A stretch of 64,000 nt of DNA, from positions 14,542,912 through 14,606,911 of the forward strand of contig NC_092675.1 of NCBI RefSeq assembly GCF_964355755.1, written 5' to 3'. This stretch comes from Antedon mediterranea (Eukaryota > Animalia > Echinodermata). Positions 37,888 through 50,978 of the stretch are shown here, one piece after another (position 1 is the stretch's first letter; every line of letters starts with the position of its first letter). Below the pieces are notes generated by a model. It worked only from the letters and a program-made list of their open reading frames with translations, searched no databases and had not been told where the DNA came from. Position numbers and translations under genes: made by a program.

Positions 37888-40800
37888 GTGTGTAACCGAA
37901 TTGTCCGCCAGAGAGAGTTTAAGGGCATATTTACATAAATTTGTATTTTGTACATTATTATGAATCAATTACAAATTATAGCAACAGGTACGTTCTATAT
38001 AAACATCAGATAAGCCGTTGATTTCATCTCCCAACAACGTGCCATTATTTGGAATGGATGGGGTTGGGGGAGGTATAGTGTGAAGGGATAGGCCTACATT
38101 TGGCGATATTCTGTCACCGAAAAAAATATGATATAAATTTAATTTTTAAATGTGATACTTCTAGACTGAGACAAGTCTTGACTATACACATACACATCGT
38201 ACCGTATTTGAATGTCCGTTTAAAAATAGCAGAGAAATGCAGTTTGTTTTAATATAGATATAGGCCTATGCAGTTTGTCCACCAGAGGGAGTTTTTGGAC
38301 CACCTACGTTCTTTTTTAACTCAATAATTTGTCTAGGTGTGATCGTGTATTTGAGCTTGGATGGGGAGGGGGGGGGGTTCATGTTTGGTCGATAATATGT
38401 TGAACGGAGGGGGTGGGAGGGGGTATGGTGTGTAGAGATAGGCCTACACCGTGTGTAACTGAAGTCTCCGCCAGAGAGAGTTTAAGGGCATCTTTACATT
38501 AATTTGTATTTAGTACATTTATATGGATCAATTACAAATTATAGCAACAGGTACGTTCTATATAAGCATCAGATAAGCCGTTGATTTCATCGCCCAAAAA
38601 CGTTCCAATATTTGTTATAACGGTAAAGATAGCCAAACTGTCCACTAGAGAGACAGTTTATTGAATTACGATATTCTGTCACCGAAAAAAATTTGATTTA
38701 TAACATTTAATTTTTTAAATGTGATACTTCCAGACTGAGATAAATTATCAGTCTTGACTATACATCGTACCGTTTTTTTAATGTCCGTTTAAAAATAGCA
38801 GAGAAATACAGTTTGTTTTAATATAGATATAGGCCTAATATGCAGTTTGTCTACCAGAGTGAGTTTTTGGACCTACGTTCTTAATAATTTGTCTGGGTGT
38901 GATCGTGTATTTGAGCATGGATGGGGAGGGGGAGAGAGTTGGTCAATATGTTGAACGGAGGGGGAGTGGGATGGTGTGGACGTGAAGGGATAAGCCTACA
39001 CCTTGTGTAACCGAATTGTCCGCCAAAGAGTGTTTAAGGGCATCTTTACATAAATTTTTATTTTGTACATTTATATGAATCAATTACAAATTATAGCAAC
39101 AGGTACGTTCTATATAAACATCAGATAAGCCGTTGATGTCATCGCCCAACCGTTTACGTTTATTTATCAATTTAATTTAACGTTGAAATCCAGTCGAATT
39201 TGGTTAAAAGGATATGTTTTCAATGTTGAAAAAAGATTGAAAGAGGTAGTTATAAATTATGCTTTCATGTTTTAACCCCTTTACAGTATTACGTTTCTTT
39301 AGCAATCTCTTTTCAACGTTAATTTAACGTTAAAATCGAGTTGGCATTTTTGGTTAAAATGACAACATGTTTTCATCATTGAATAAAAGTTGAAATTATG
39401 TTTTCATGTTTTAACTCCATTACAGTATTACGTTTCTATATCAATCTCATTTCAACGATAATTTAACGTTATAATCGAGCTGGCTTTTGGTTAAAATGGC
39501 AACATGATTTGAATTGAACATTGTGTTACGTTTATAACACAATATAATGTTAACGTTAATTCAACGTTAAAATGCATTTGGCATTTTTGGTTAAAATGAC
39601 AACATTTTTTCAACATTGAATAAAGGTTGAAATTACATTGTGTTAACGCCATTATTACGTTTGTTTTTCAATATTATTTCAACGTTAAGATGTATTGTCC
39701 CTTTGACTAATTCAACAAAATAAATTTATTTAAAAAAATTAATATTTCGAAAAAAAGTTGGTCATTTTGAAGTATCATAATAGTTATTAACTTTCACCAA
39801 AAATTAGTCGAAAAAAGTTGATTTAAAATTAAAACAAAACAGTAGACACAAGTATGAATATTTTCATAACCCAATTTATCCATTTTTAAACTTAACCTTA
39901 TTTTTGCATGCAGATGTCATTTGTCCATTCGTCTACAAGCCTTACGTTTTACTATTACAAATGTCTTAATTAAATGCACTGTGTTGAAGGGTACAGTATG
40001 TTTGAATTTACAGTTTGTCTGTAATATTTCTGCTACAGTATTCTGTAGTATTTTGAAAGATATGCTACTTAAATTAGGGTGTATTTAAAACAATAATCAT
40101 AATGAAGGTTACATTGGTTAAACATTAAATTATTACCCGAACCTTACTTTCTTTAAAAAAAATACAAATAATAAGTCAATCTATCAATATTCATGATAGT
40201 TTGCTCCTATGGAATTTATAAATTATATCTTATGTTTAGGAAGTCTTTTTTATGTTTTACATTGTAATGTTTAATGTCTTTTGGAAACTCAGACCAAAAA
40301 TCCTTTTTTTTTAGATTCCACATATCATTTTTAACAAGGCTTTTTCTTGTAATTTGTTTTATAAAATTGTATGTACTGTGAAACAATAAAAATGATATGA
40401 AAAATTAATATGATTTTGAAATTATGAAGAATCAGATATACAGTAATTCGGTAAATAATGGCCAATGTAGTACACAGTAGTATAACAATAACAGTATAAT
40501 AATGCTGCGCAGGATATAGCTATGCTAGTTAATGATACTATAGTATTATATGCAAAGGATGGCCACCGGCGACGGTTTTCAGTCGTTCCTCTACAATACG
40601 GACAATGCAGTTATTTTTTAGGCCTACGTTGTGTGATGTCTAGCATTAATTTGTTTGTTTTAAGGTTGTTATAGTTTTGATGTTATTTTTTAATGTATTC
40701 ATCATGTGGAGATCTAAGATGGGATAAACCACCTGCAAGAAACAGGTTAGATTCACAGAATATTCTACTGATAAAAATATTGTATATAAAAACCGAACAG

Positions 40801-41520
40801 AAAAAAATCGATATACAAAACACCTCGGATTATGGTCTATCAAACTGCCATTTGGATATGTCGACGCAACTCGAGGAAAAGTGACGCTTTAGTAACGCAA
40901 TTTACTTACAGAAACAAAGTACATATAATTTTTCCCTCTAAAAAAATGTTATCGTCAGGAATATGTTCCCCCTGGCAGACATACCACCTTGCAGACATTA
41001 CAGAAACAAAGTACAGATATTTTCCCTTTAAAAAAAATGGTATCGTCGAGAATATGTTCCCCTGGCGGACATACCGCCTGGCAGACATACCGCATGGCGG
41101 ACAGTCTGCAGCAGGATCTCTATCCTTCCTTCTGACTCAACATCGTCTTCTTCTTCCTCATCGTCATTTTCAAATTCCCCAGCCTTTCTCAAAGGCTCAT
41201 ATTGGTATGGCTGAATTTCTAACGGAAAAGTTTCTTCTTCGGAATCGGAATACATTTTGCGAGGATTGGCTTTTTCATGTACTCATCCAGCGTGATCGTT
41301 TTCAGGGAAGATAGCGAAACCCGATATGACGTCACGACTGTAAAGTTAATGAGTTGGCTCTAAACGCTGACTGGTCGGAAAAATCGTATTTTCAAACGTC
41401 GATTTTAGCGGTAAAAATTGCATAAAACATTTCAAAAAACCTAATATATATTTTATTATACCTAAACAATCATCACAAATACTCAAATAGGTGTTGACAT
41501 TTCTGCTTTAAAGAAAAATA

Positions 41521-41576
41521 GGTTTCGCCAGGGCTCGAACAACCGGGACCTTCTGCAACCACTACACTACGAAACC
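41521..41576 (-). pseudogene. tRNA-Val pseudogene with internal deletion
   Basis: GGTTTCGTAGTGTAGTGGTT-GCAGAAGGTCCCGGTTGTTCGAGCCCTGGCGAAACC; the anticodon arm is missing. Confidence 0.75.
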
Positions 41577-41797
41577 TCTTGCACTAAAAATGTGGGTTAC
41601 ACAAAGTTTTTTAATCCATTTACATTACAGAATAAATATGGTAATAAGCACAAAGCAAAAGAAACATGTGTAAAAGTGATAATTACCGATTACACAAAAT
41701 AGTTATTTAAAAAAATAATAAAAATAAGATATACCTGTACTGTGTATAATTATCATATTGCGTATACAGTACTTTTCACCATAAAATTTAAAAAAAA

Positions 41798-41869
41798 GGT
41801 TTCGCCCGGGCTCGAACCAGGTACCTTCTGCGTGTTAAGCAAACGTGATAACCACTACGCCAAGAAGCC
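41798..41869 (-). tRNA. tRNA-Val(AAC)-like, probably a pseudogene
   Basis: GGCTTCTTGGCGTAGTGGTTATCACGTTTGCTTAACACGCAGAAGGTACCTGGTTCGAGCCCGGGCGAAACC followed by a T-run; A and B boxes intact; two acceptor-stem mismatches. Confidence 0.7.
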
Positions 41870-42320
41870 GCATATAACTACCTTACGCTGTGTGGTGTGT
41901 CACACATTGTGGCTTCTTAATTAAACAAATTAATTAACAAACAAGCATGAAAGAAGCTGTAATGACGTCATAAGACCGGATGTAACGTCACATACACATC
42001 AATAACCGCGCTACCAAATACGGCTATACGGTACCATCTTCGAGACGTGATATGGCTGCATCCGGTTTGAAATTAAAAAATCCGGCTCTATATGCTTTGA
42101 GGACATGTCCCTGTAGTATATTCATGCTAAATCCGAGCTCAATACTACAACGAATAAGGGAGTAGTACTTTATAAATCGCACTTTTTGCTCAATAGTGTC
42201 TGGATGGTAGAAGAAGAGGAAAAGATGAGAGAGTCCTGGACTCAGGTACCCCGAGTAATAAAACGAGATATACTCTATATCATATTACGTATACAGTATA
42301 TTTCACCATAAAGCGAAATA

Positions 42321-42386
42321 GGTTTCGCCAGGGCTCGAACAACCGGGACCTTCTGCGTGTTGTTAAGCAGACTTGACTACGAAACC
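42321..42386 (-). pseudogene. tRNA-Val pseudogene
   Basis: Paralog of 41521-41576 with a different deletion. Confidence 0.7.
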
Positions 42387-42599
42387 TCTTGCACTAAAAA
42401 TGTGGGTTACACAAAGTTTTTTAATCCATTTACATTACAGAATAAATATGGTAATAAGCACAAAGCAAAAGAAACATGTGTAAAAGTGATAATTACCGAT
42501 TACACAAAATAGTTATTTAAAAAAATAAAAATAAGATATACTGTGTATAATTATCATATTGCGTATACAGTACTTTTCACCATAAAATAAAAAAAAAAA

Positions 42600-42673
42600 G
42601 GTTTCGCCCGGGCTCGAACCAGGTACCTTCTGCGTGTTAAGCAAACGTGATAACCACTATACGCCAAGAAGCC
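42600..42673 (-). pseudogene. tRNA-Val(AAC) pseudogene
   Basis: Copy of 41798-41869 with a 2-nt insertion in the D arm. Confidence 0.7.
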
Positions 42674-45277
42674 GCATATAACTACCTTACGCTGTGTGGT
42701 GTGTCACACATTGTGGCTTCTTAATTAAACAAATTAATTAACAAACAAGCACGAATGTGCAATACTCGGGGTACAGCGAAAGAAGCTGTAATGACGTCAT
42801 ATGACCGGATGTGACGTCATATACACGTCAATAACCTACCAAATACGGCTATATGGTACCATCTTCGAGACGTCATATGGCTGCATCCGGTTTGAAATTT
42901 AAAAATCCGGCTCTATAGATTTGAGGACATGTCCCTGTAGTATATTCATGCCAAATCCCAGCTCAATACTACAACTAATAAGGGAGTAGTACTTTAAAAA
43001 TCGCACTTTTTACTCAATAGTGTCCAGATGGAGGAAGAGGAGGAGAAAATGAGTAAGTCCTAGACTCGGGTACCCCGAGTAAAAAGTGGAACAATAGCGT
43101 CGATGTGAAAACTAATGTTATCAAATCTAAGTTTCGCGGTACATCTGAGATAGATAAGGTAGGTATCCATGGCGGAGATTTGTACCGAAGTTTTTGCATT
43201 GTGCTCGCCTATGTCAGAATTAACCATAATCAATTCAATTCAAATAAACATTTATTTCTTTCATTCATATTTGAGTAAAAAACATTATAATTTCTGATAT
43301 TTTATAAATAAATATTTATTTTTTTTTTTTTTTGAGATTTAATACAGTAAATCATAATGTATAAAAAGATAATTCAGTTATATACAAAATGAAAGAGGCA
43401 AAAAAACCCAAGAAAGTATCGATCAATTGGAAACAAAAATCCAATTGAAACTTGTATGTTGGGAAGCCATGTAAGAAGATTATATACTTATATATATAAA
43501 TGTAAACATATAACTACACATATACATAAAGATCAACACACACACACACACACACCAACAGAAAAGGAAGCAATTTCGAAAAAGTTTCTAAAGTTAAAAA
43601 AATAATTTATATATAGATGCATTAAAGGTAACTTTAGCATAGAAATGTAGCAGAGTACAGATTTAAATACAGTACGTTGAAATCACTGGTTTGTTTTTAG
43701 AGAAAATATAACTTTAGCAAAATAATTCAAATTTACTTATTTATAGATAGAAATTGTTGAATTTAGGTGACAATAATCATTAAAATGCTGGATAAGTACT
43801 GTATATGAGAAAAGCAAAGATTCAAGTACATGTATAGTATATAGCCTGTACAGTAGAATCAAGGATTATAAATTAATTCAAAATTCCTTGCTAAATAAGA
43901 TTTACTATCTGGGCCCACAATAAGTGAAAAGATGCAGTATATTCCACTGGAGTATGTTTAATTATATGCATAGGCCTACAGTAGACTTTATGGTGTAATC
44001 ACTCTTACTACAATGCTACAATATCCCCTTCCTGTGGCAAGATACTGGTTAATTAAATGCATGATGTATTATACTGTACTAAATTTTTCTCACTCTGTTC
44101 ATAACTGTATGTTTACCACAAAATATAATACTGTATATTCTGGGTATTTTTTTTTTATTAATAGTTCACTTGGTTATAATGTAAATCAATGGCAATCACA
44201 TGGATAAAAGTACAAAATAAACTGGTCACTCTTCTGCAAACAATAATAAATCAAAATTAATAATTATAGTCCCATTCTATACGTTTTTTATATTTAATTT
44301 AAGGTCACAAAGTAGATTTAATGTTTAATGTAAAACAAATACGATAAGGTCCTATTGTAATAACTTGTTTCGTCTGTAAATGGTAAAAAATTTAAGTCGA
44401 TTTTAATAATTTAAGCGGCACGCTATAAATCCCAACATGCATTGTGCACGGATTGATATTTTAAATTTTAAATGTTTCCCACTTTTTAAAAAAAATGGAA
44501 GAATCGTAACTTTTCAGTTAAAAAATTGGGTTTTCCCCAATTTGTATTGCGATCTGAGAAACAACGATATGCAATATCTATACAAAAATTCAAAATGTAA
44601 AAACAAAATAAGTGAGTTTGGTCAAGTTTTTTTTAATCTTCATTTAAATATAAGCCTATGAATGTTTTTTTATTAATTTGTTAAACATTAATAAGCCTTT
44701 TATTTCAATTAATTGTTAGTTCGCAACAAAAACAATTGTTACTATATACATATTATGCCTACTGCGAGAACATGAGTATTTACAATGGGCCTAATAAGAA
44801 TGAATGTTTACAATGTACTCATCTGGTGGACTCATCTCAGTGGCACTTCACGGAGTGAGTCTATAACCTATGCCTACCACCAGTGCCAATCTAGAACTGC
44901 AAACCTAACTAAAATTATGAAAAAGTTGAACATTCAATTAATGCTAGAGTGTATAATAAAACAATATTGTAAGTTATGAAAATAATTAACTTTCTTGCCA
45001 TTGTCATATCATGCTTTAAAAGGTGATTTGGTGATCATCCTATGTACAGAGTGCATATTACCTTGGTGGGTTGTATCATCTCGCCCTCGTTGCGCATATG
45101 CGGGCAGAAATGCTGATCAAATTTAATAATTAATTGTGTCGTCATCTACATCCAAAAAAACATCCACTGGACTTAAATATTCATATTCGTATCACATGCA
45201 AAAACAATTTGCAAAAACAATTTGGTTCTAACATCACAATCCAACCTTTATTTTGTTTATAGGTGGTAGGGTTGGTG

Positions 45278-45485
45278 CATTTTCCGACTCACAACTCGCA
45301 GTTTCCGACCAGCAACTTGCATTTTCCGACCCACAACTCGCATTTTGCGACTCACAACTCGCTTTTTTCGACTCACAACTTGCATATTCCGACCAGCAAC
45401 CAGAATTTTTCGACTTGCAACTCACATTTACTGACTCGCACCTCGCATTTTCCGACTTGAAACTCGCAGTTTCTGACTCGAAACT
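45278..45485. repeat. Degenerate 21-bp minisatellite gcattttccgactcacaactc
   Basis: ~10 visible units. Confidence 0.85.
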
Positions 45486-46195
45486 TCCATTGAATTAACA
45501 ATCTTGTTAGATTGCCTTGCTCCAAGCAAGCAGAATAAGGTACAAAGAAAAAGTGAGTCGATATTATCACTGAATAGCATTTTCAGAAACATATGGAGGT
45601 GAAAATGGAATATTTAATTGCGAAGCACCTCCTACGACCACACCAGGTAATGGGACCAGTAACAGTAAGTGGACATCCAAAACTAAAAATCACATACCAA
45701 TTAAAATTTTAATTTTTTATTTAAATATAAATAAATGATTACAATGCCTTGTTGACAAATAAGCTGCACTGAAGGTTGTTTATTTCAGTATTATTATAAT
45801 AGTATTATAATTAGGCTGTAATTGTATTCAATAAAGGATGCTATTACCTTTGGAATTAAATTATTATTGGAATGTGTATGAAATTTTTTTAACATAATAG
45901 AAGATGAATAAGAATAATGACAACCCTGTAACAAAATTGGTTTGGTACTTTTAAAGATGCGTGCAATTGCCGTAATTGTTACAATCAATTGCAATGCACT
46001 GTACGTCTGAATAAGGTATTGGAATTCACAAAGTATGTATATCAAATTAACTTGCTACCTATAATCACAGTAATCACCACCAATCTTTTGTCTCAAAAAA
46101 TGTACATGGCAAGTTGTTGTGCTACAGCTAATTAATATCTAATAGCTAAAATAAAATTGATTTAAATTATCATCAAGATGCGAGGAACATCAGAA

Positions 46196-46225
46196 TTATC
46201 CTTTCAGTGCATCCACATCTGGAAT
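46196..46225 (-). CDS. CTH: Probable last coding exon of cystathionine gamma-lyase (IPDVDALKG*)
   Basis: Strong acceptor ttttcatttttgtag, phase 0 matching the donor at 50839, short C-terminal peptide then an AT-rich UTR; vertebrate CTH also ends in a short last coding exon. Confidence 0.6.
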   Translation of the reverse strand: MPDVDALKG

Positions 46226-46850
46226 CTACAAAAATGAAAAAATAAATAAATTAAAATTACCTCTTATTGTAAAGTTTATTACATGCAAATAAAAAAACTA
46301 CTTGTAATTGTATACACTAGATGGTACGCTCGCTTGCTCACATACCATCTAGGTCGTTCCCACAGATGGTTCTCGAATACACTTTAAGTTCAGCGTAAAA
46401 AAATGTTTTTTTGTGTACGTACCGCAGGACTATAGGTCTAATACATTGTCGTTTACAGAAACGAATAAATAGACACAATGATTTATGTAGTCAACTAAAA
46501 TTAGCACCCTGGGAATTACAGAAACTTGTCACAAAATGAGTACAGATTTTTTATTTGGATTCATTTAAAGAAACCCAATTTGTGTTTTTTATATAACATT
46601 AGGGTTGAGGGATGGTGAGGAGGATGGGTACAAATTTTTAAATACAGTATATTCTTTATCCACTCATGTTTTTTAGGCCTATAAATAATATACCACTAAA
46701 TACAGTAAAACATTGTCATAGTCGATGAAATAGTAAAATACAAATAAACGACACACCACTACAACGTTTATATTTGTTGTAATTATTAATTAATACAAAC
46801 AATGAGAAGCAACTGTCAGTAATAAAGTTTATTTGTATATTATTATGTGC

Positions 46851-48552
46851 AATAATAATATACAAATTCCAGGCAAAACGCCTACTAAAGCTCATTTACG
46901 AGAACTGGTCATGTTGATTTTAACCAACAACAATTTTATTTTTGGAAATGACCATTACCTTCAAATTCATGGCACAGCGATGGGCACAAATATGGCGCCA
47001 TCTTTTGCAAATTTATTTATGGGACAATTTGAGGCCAATTTTCTGTCCCTCCAACCAAATAAACCACTTGTTTGGTTTAGATACATTGACGACATCTTCA
47101 TGATCTGGACCCATGGTGAAGATAATTTGGAATCTTTTCTTCTCAATATTAATTCAGCCCACCCAACTATCAAATTTACAGCTGCCAAATCCACTAGTAG
47201 CGTTGATTTTTTGGACACTATAGTGACCATAGAAAATGGTACACTCAAAACTGACTTATTCCGTAAACCCACGGATAAAAATATGTACCTGCTCCCTAGC
47301 AGTTGTCACCCCCGACACTGTACTAAGAACATACCGTACAGTCAAGCATTACGTATCAGACGTATCTGTTCTTCAGATTTAGATTTTCAGAATCGTACCG
47401 AAGAACTAACCGGACATCTCCGGAATAGAAATTACAAGAAGGAATACATCGAAACTGCTATAAAGAAAGCAAAAGATATTCCTCGACGTACAAACCACGT
47501 CAGCCAAAACAATCGACCAGAGTGCCATTGGTCACAACCTACCACCCTAGGTTGCCTCCATTACGGGCTATTATTGAGAAACATATGCCCATTCTACAGT
47601 CCACAGAACGTCTCAGGACTGTTTTTCCGGAACCACCCATTATTGCATTTCGTAGACCTCCCAACCTTCGTGATATATTAGTCAGATCCAAATTTAAGAG
47701 TGAAATTAACTCTCATGACAGCCAAAATTTGGGCAGTCACCTTTGCGGCAAATCTTGCAAAACTTGTTCATTGGTTGATTCTACTGAAAAATTTGAGAGT
47801 AACCAAACTGGCCGCATTTTTCGGATAAGACAATCAATTAATTGTCTAACCAAAAACGTCATTTATCTCATATACTGTAATATTTGTGGCAAACAGTACG
47901 TCGGAGAAACAAAAAACACTCTCCGTATGAGAATGACACAACATAGATCAGCTATCAAAACATTAAAGCTTGATCAACCTGTAGCCGAACATTTTAATTC
48001 AGCTGGTCACTCGATTGCAAATTTCAGAGTTATTGCAATAGACCACGATGTCAAATGGAGCGACAAAACTCGCAAAGACAAAGAAAACCACTGGGAATTA
48101 CTACTTAAAACCACAAAACCTTTTGGACTTAACATTAGGAACATACTCCCAGATCGGTAAAATTATTCCATTGACTACCAAAATTTAAGTTTCAATATTA
48201 ACCACCATTTAAGCTGTTTTTTTAGTCTCATTCCAAAATTGTTTATATCTCTACCAAGCTACCTTCTTTGTTTTCTACTCTTATTCAGACTCCACCCTGG
48301 CTCCCTTTGTTATATTTCTTTTATTCCTGTCCACCCAGGCAGCACTTGCCAGCTTTATACTATGACGTTATCCAAATTCCTTCACTTGCACTGATGAAGG
48401 GCTAGTGTTGCCCGAAAGCTCTGCTAACTTTTCTGGCTGTTTACTTTATCGTTTTGATTTAGCTTTTCGCTTTTTATTTTTGAATCTCCATTGAGATCCA
48501 GCCACTGATACCCACAGCATTGTCATTTTGTTCAGTAATTTGCCTTTGGATT
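46851..48552 (+). mobile_element. Penelope-like retroelement, 5'-truncated (RT plus GIY-YIG, one frameshift near 47490-47520)
   Basis: QIHGTAMGTNMAPSFANLFM, WFRYIDDIF, LFRKPTD (RT); NVIYLIYCNICGKQYVGET...R..QHRS (GIY-YIG); flanking 15-bp duplication tatattattatgtgc at 46836-46850 and 48553-48567. Confidence 0.92.
48386..48427 (+). ncRNA. Minimal hammerhead ribozyme in the Penelope 3' repeat
   Basis: ttgca CTGATGA a GGGC tagtgtt GCCC GAAA gcTC tgc: conserved core, stem II, palindromic AGCT stem III. Confidence 0.75.
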
Positions 48553-48946
48553 TATATTATTATGTGCTTATATATCTAACAGTACTCACACTCACAGTAA
48601 GTAAGACAATATTGTAAATACGTATTTAAACCATTTTTGGTCGCCATTTGAATCGAAATTGTCTTACTGTGAATGTGGTTACTGTTAGATATATAAACAC
48701 ATATACAAAGAACATTTATTACTGTGACTGTGGGTAGGCTCTACTGCTGGATATATAAACACATAATATACAAATAAAAACTTTATTACTGACAGTTGCT
48801 TCTCAACGTTTGTATTAATTAATAATTATAAAATATATAAACGTCGTAGTGGTGTATCGTTACATGTACTTTACTATTTCAATCGACTATAACACAGACA
48901 GTTTAAAAAAAGTATTAAATCGTAAATGTTTTACTGTGTTTAGTGG

Positions 48947-49685
48947 GCATACTGTATGACCGGTTGGGCCGCCGACAAGTTGAGCCGCCGGTAATTTCTA
49001 TGAAACGCCCAGCGCGTCTTTTACGACATTTCGCGTAGTGATTAGAGCGGTGTCCTAGTTCAAGTTCATGGTCTTTATGTGTATTGTGTCATGAAAATAA
49101 ATAATATATAATTACATACTACAATGTTGGTTTGAACCACCATAAACAACACAGCAAAGGAAAGTAATCTTTCAAGGTAAAAATGCCGTGCACTCTATAT
49201 TTGTCTCGCGTGGACGTGTAGGCCTACCCAAAAGACTAATAGAGTATTGATATTCTTAAAATGATGTTAAATAATTAATATCTTTTATTTACTATCTTTT
49301 AATATCATATTTTAGTGAATTTTACAATTTTAATACACAAAATATTTTCCTAAAAAACGGTGATTTTATGTAATTATTTAACCTGAGGGGGCAACATGTT
49401 TACGTCATTTTTGGCTAAAAACGATCATTTTCGGTGATGTTTTAGGTCTTTTATTTTGGAATCTACGAGTACAAGTCAGATTTTCGTATTATAGTTCTTT
49501 AAAGTGTAATATTTAATACTATACTAAAAAGTGTGATATATAAACTTCGTTATCCCTAATGCGAAAATAGAACTTCTATTAAATAAAAAACGAGCACCGG
49601 TGAAAGTTAGCATTTGGCGTTTCATAGAAAATAACGTTTTTCTGGCGGCGGCTCAACTTGTCGGCGGCTCAACTTGGCCTAATCC
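48947..49685. mobile_element. MULE-like MITE with 9-bp TSD
   Basis: TSD GTTTAGTGG at 48938-48946 and 49686-49694; imperfect TIR gccgccgacaagttgagccgcc / ggcggctcaacttgtcggcggc. Confidence 0.75.
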
Positions 49686-50839
49686 GTTTAGTGGTATATT
49701 ATTGATAGGCCTATAAAACATTTAAAACAATATTTTATTACTGAGTAGATAGAGAATATATTTAAAAATTGTTCTTCCCATCCCGCAACTCTAATGTTAT
49801 ATACAAAACACAAATTGAGTTTGTTTAAATGAGTTCAAACCAAAAATTTGGACTCATTTTTAAGATAAGTTTCTCCTTCAGAAGGCCTAATTCCCAGGGT
49901 GCTAATTTGACATAAATCATCGTGTCTATTTATTCGTTCCTGTAAACGACAATGTACTATAGTCCTGCGGTACGTACATTTGAAATCGCCAGGTTTTTTA
50001 CGCTGAAATTACTGTGTATTCGAGAACCATCTAGTTTGTATAAATTTATAATAAATCTATCAAAATACTATTTTTTAAAGAAAATACTGTAGGCCTGTCT
50101 TCAACATTAGGATGCTGTACTCTAGCTATTCAACCGTTTTTCAGCTATTAAAAACAATTATCGTAGAAGGAGATAGGTAAAGAAATTGCATTTTATTTGT
50201 CAGGCATTTGTATGATTTGTTTTTATTTTTTTGAATGCGCCTTGAGCACTCTTGAGTGATATGTGCGCTATAAAAATCCTGTTATTATTATTATTATTAA
50301 ATGCAAAGCATCCTCGTATTATTGTGTGTGGGTATATTTCAAAGATAGACATCTTTATCAGGTGGTTAAAATCAGTACCGAAAGTATGAACCAACTTTAT
50401 ATACCATCTAGTAAAAATTCTAGAAGTAAGGCGTGATTTACCGAATTTTCCCTTACGTAAATTTATACATTGATTACTAATATGGATATTGCATTTATCC
50501 AGGTATTAAGTTTTGAAAAATAAATCTAGTCAACTTTACGTGCTTGTATAGTAACAGTGACGTTTTACAACATATCCAGATCGTATCATCAGACCGAATG
50601 AGGGATTTGGTCTGCGACCCAGGGTCAAGGAGCTATCAACAAAACGTCTGGGGATTTTCTTGACTGCTGAATTGAATGTTCCAAATAAGTTGTGAAGTAC
50701 TGTAGTCAATTCCCCTGTGTCCAGGGAAGGTTCTAAGCATTTAATGCACACTGCCTCTTTCACTTTATTTAATTCCAAAAGTTACAGCTAAAAAATGATA
50801 TTGAATCTCCTTGAGAAAATGAAGACAATATAAACTTAC

Positions 50840-50978
50840 AGCAACTTTGAGAGCTTGATCAAGGTCTGCAATAAGGTCACCAGAATCTTCAAGACCAACA
50901 GACAGACGAATAAGTGTATCTGTAATTCCAAGCTTAAGACGTTCTTCAGCAGGTACAGATGCATGTGTCATTACACAA
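50840..50978 (-). CDS. CTH: Cystathionine gamma-lyase, penultimate coding exon (139 bp); upstream exons not found in the window
   Basis: [46 protein letters not shown] matches the Cys/Met PLP-lyase C-terminus; AG acceptor at 50979-50980 and GT donor at 50838-50839. Confidence 0.9.

Larger units (their letters stand above)
33080..39150. repeat. Tandem array of ~550-600-bp units, interrupted by the LINE
   Basis: Recurring gggataggcctacaccgtgtgtaactgaattgtccgccagagagag... at ~33170, 33770, 34290/37890, 38440 and 38990. Confidence 0.85.
32283..41123. mobile_element. 8.8-kb non-autonomous TIR element with 9-bp TSD (MULE/MuDR-like)
   Basis: TSD CCTTCCTTC at 32274-32282 and 41124-41132; inverted repeat tgctgcagactgtccgccatgcggtatgtct / agacataccgcatggcggacagtctgcagca; it interrupts KolX exon 1 of the second Kolobok copy. 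Confidence 0.75.
31915..41507 (-). mobile_element. Second, truncated copy of the Kolobok left arm (pieces ~31915-32282 and 41124-41507)
   Basis: Reverse-complement match to 706-737 plus 2201-2890, including KolX exon 1; ends TGACATTTCTGCT|TTAA at 41507. Confidence 0.85.
41510..43082. repeat. Two tandem ~800-bp units, each with two tRNA-Val-like sequences
   Basis: 41515-42275 is near-identical to 42315-43082. Confidence 0.85.
46317..48600 (-). mobile_element. Helitron-like non-autonomous repeat (interrupted by Penelope); further copies at ~48620-50035 (+) and ~54715-55457 (+)
   Basis: Shared sequence across the three copies; 3' end hairpin ctagatggtacgc...gcgtaccatCTAG|T. Confidence 0.55.

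Noticed and set aside
39150-39700. EnSpm/CACTA-like subterminal aacgtt repeats
   Set aside because: Termini and TSD could not be identified, so it was left unannotated
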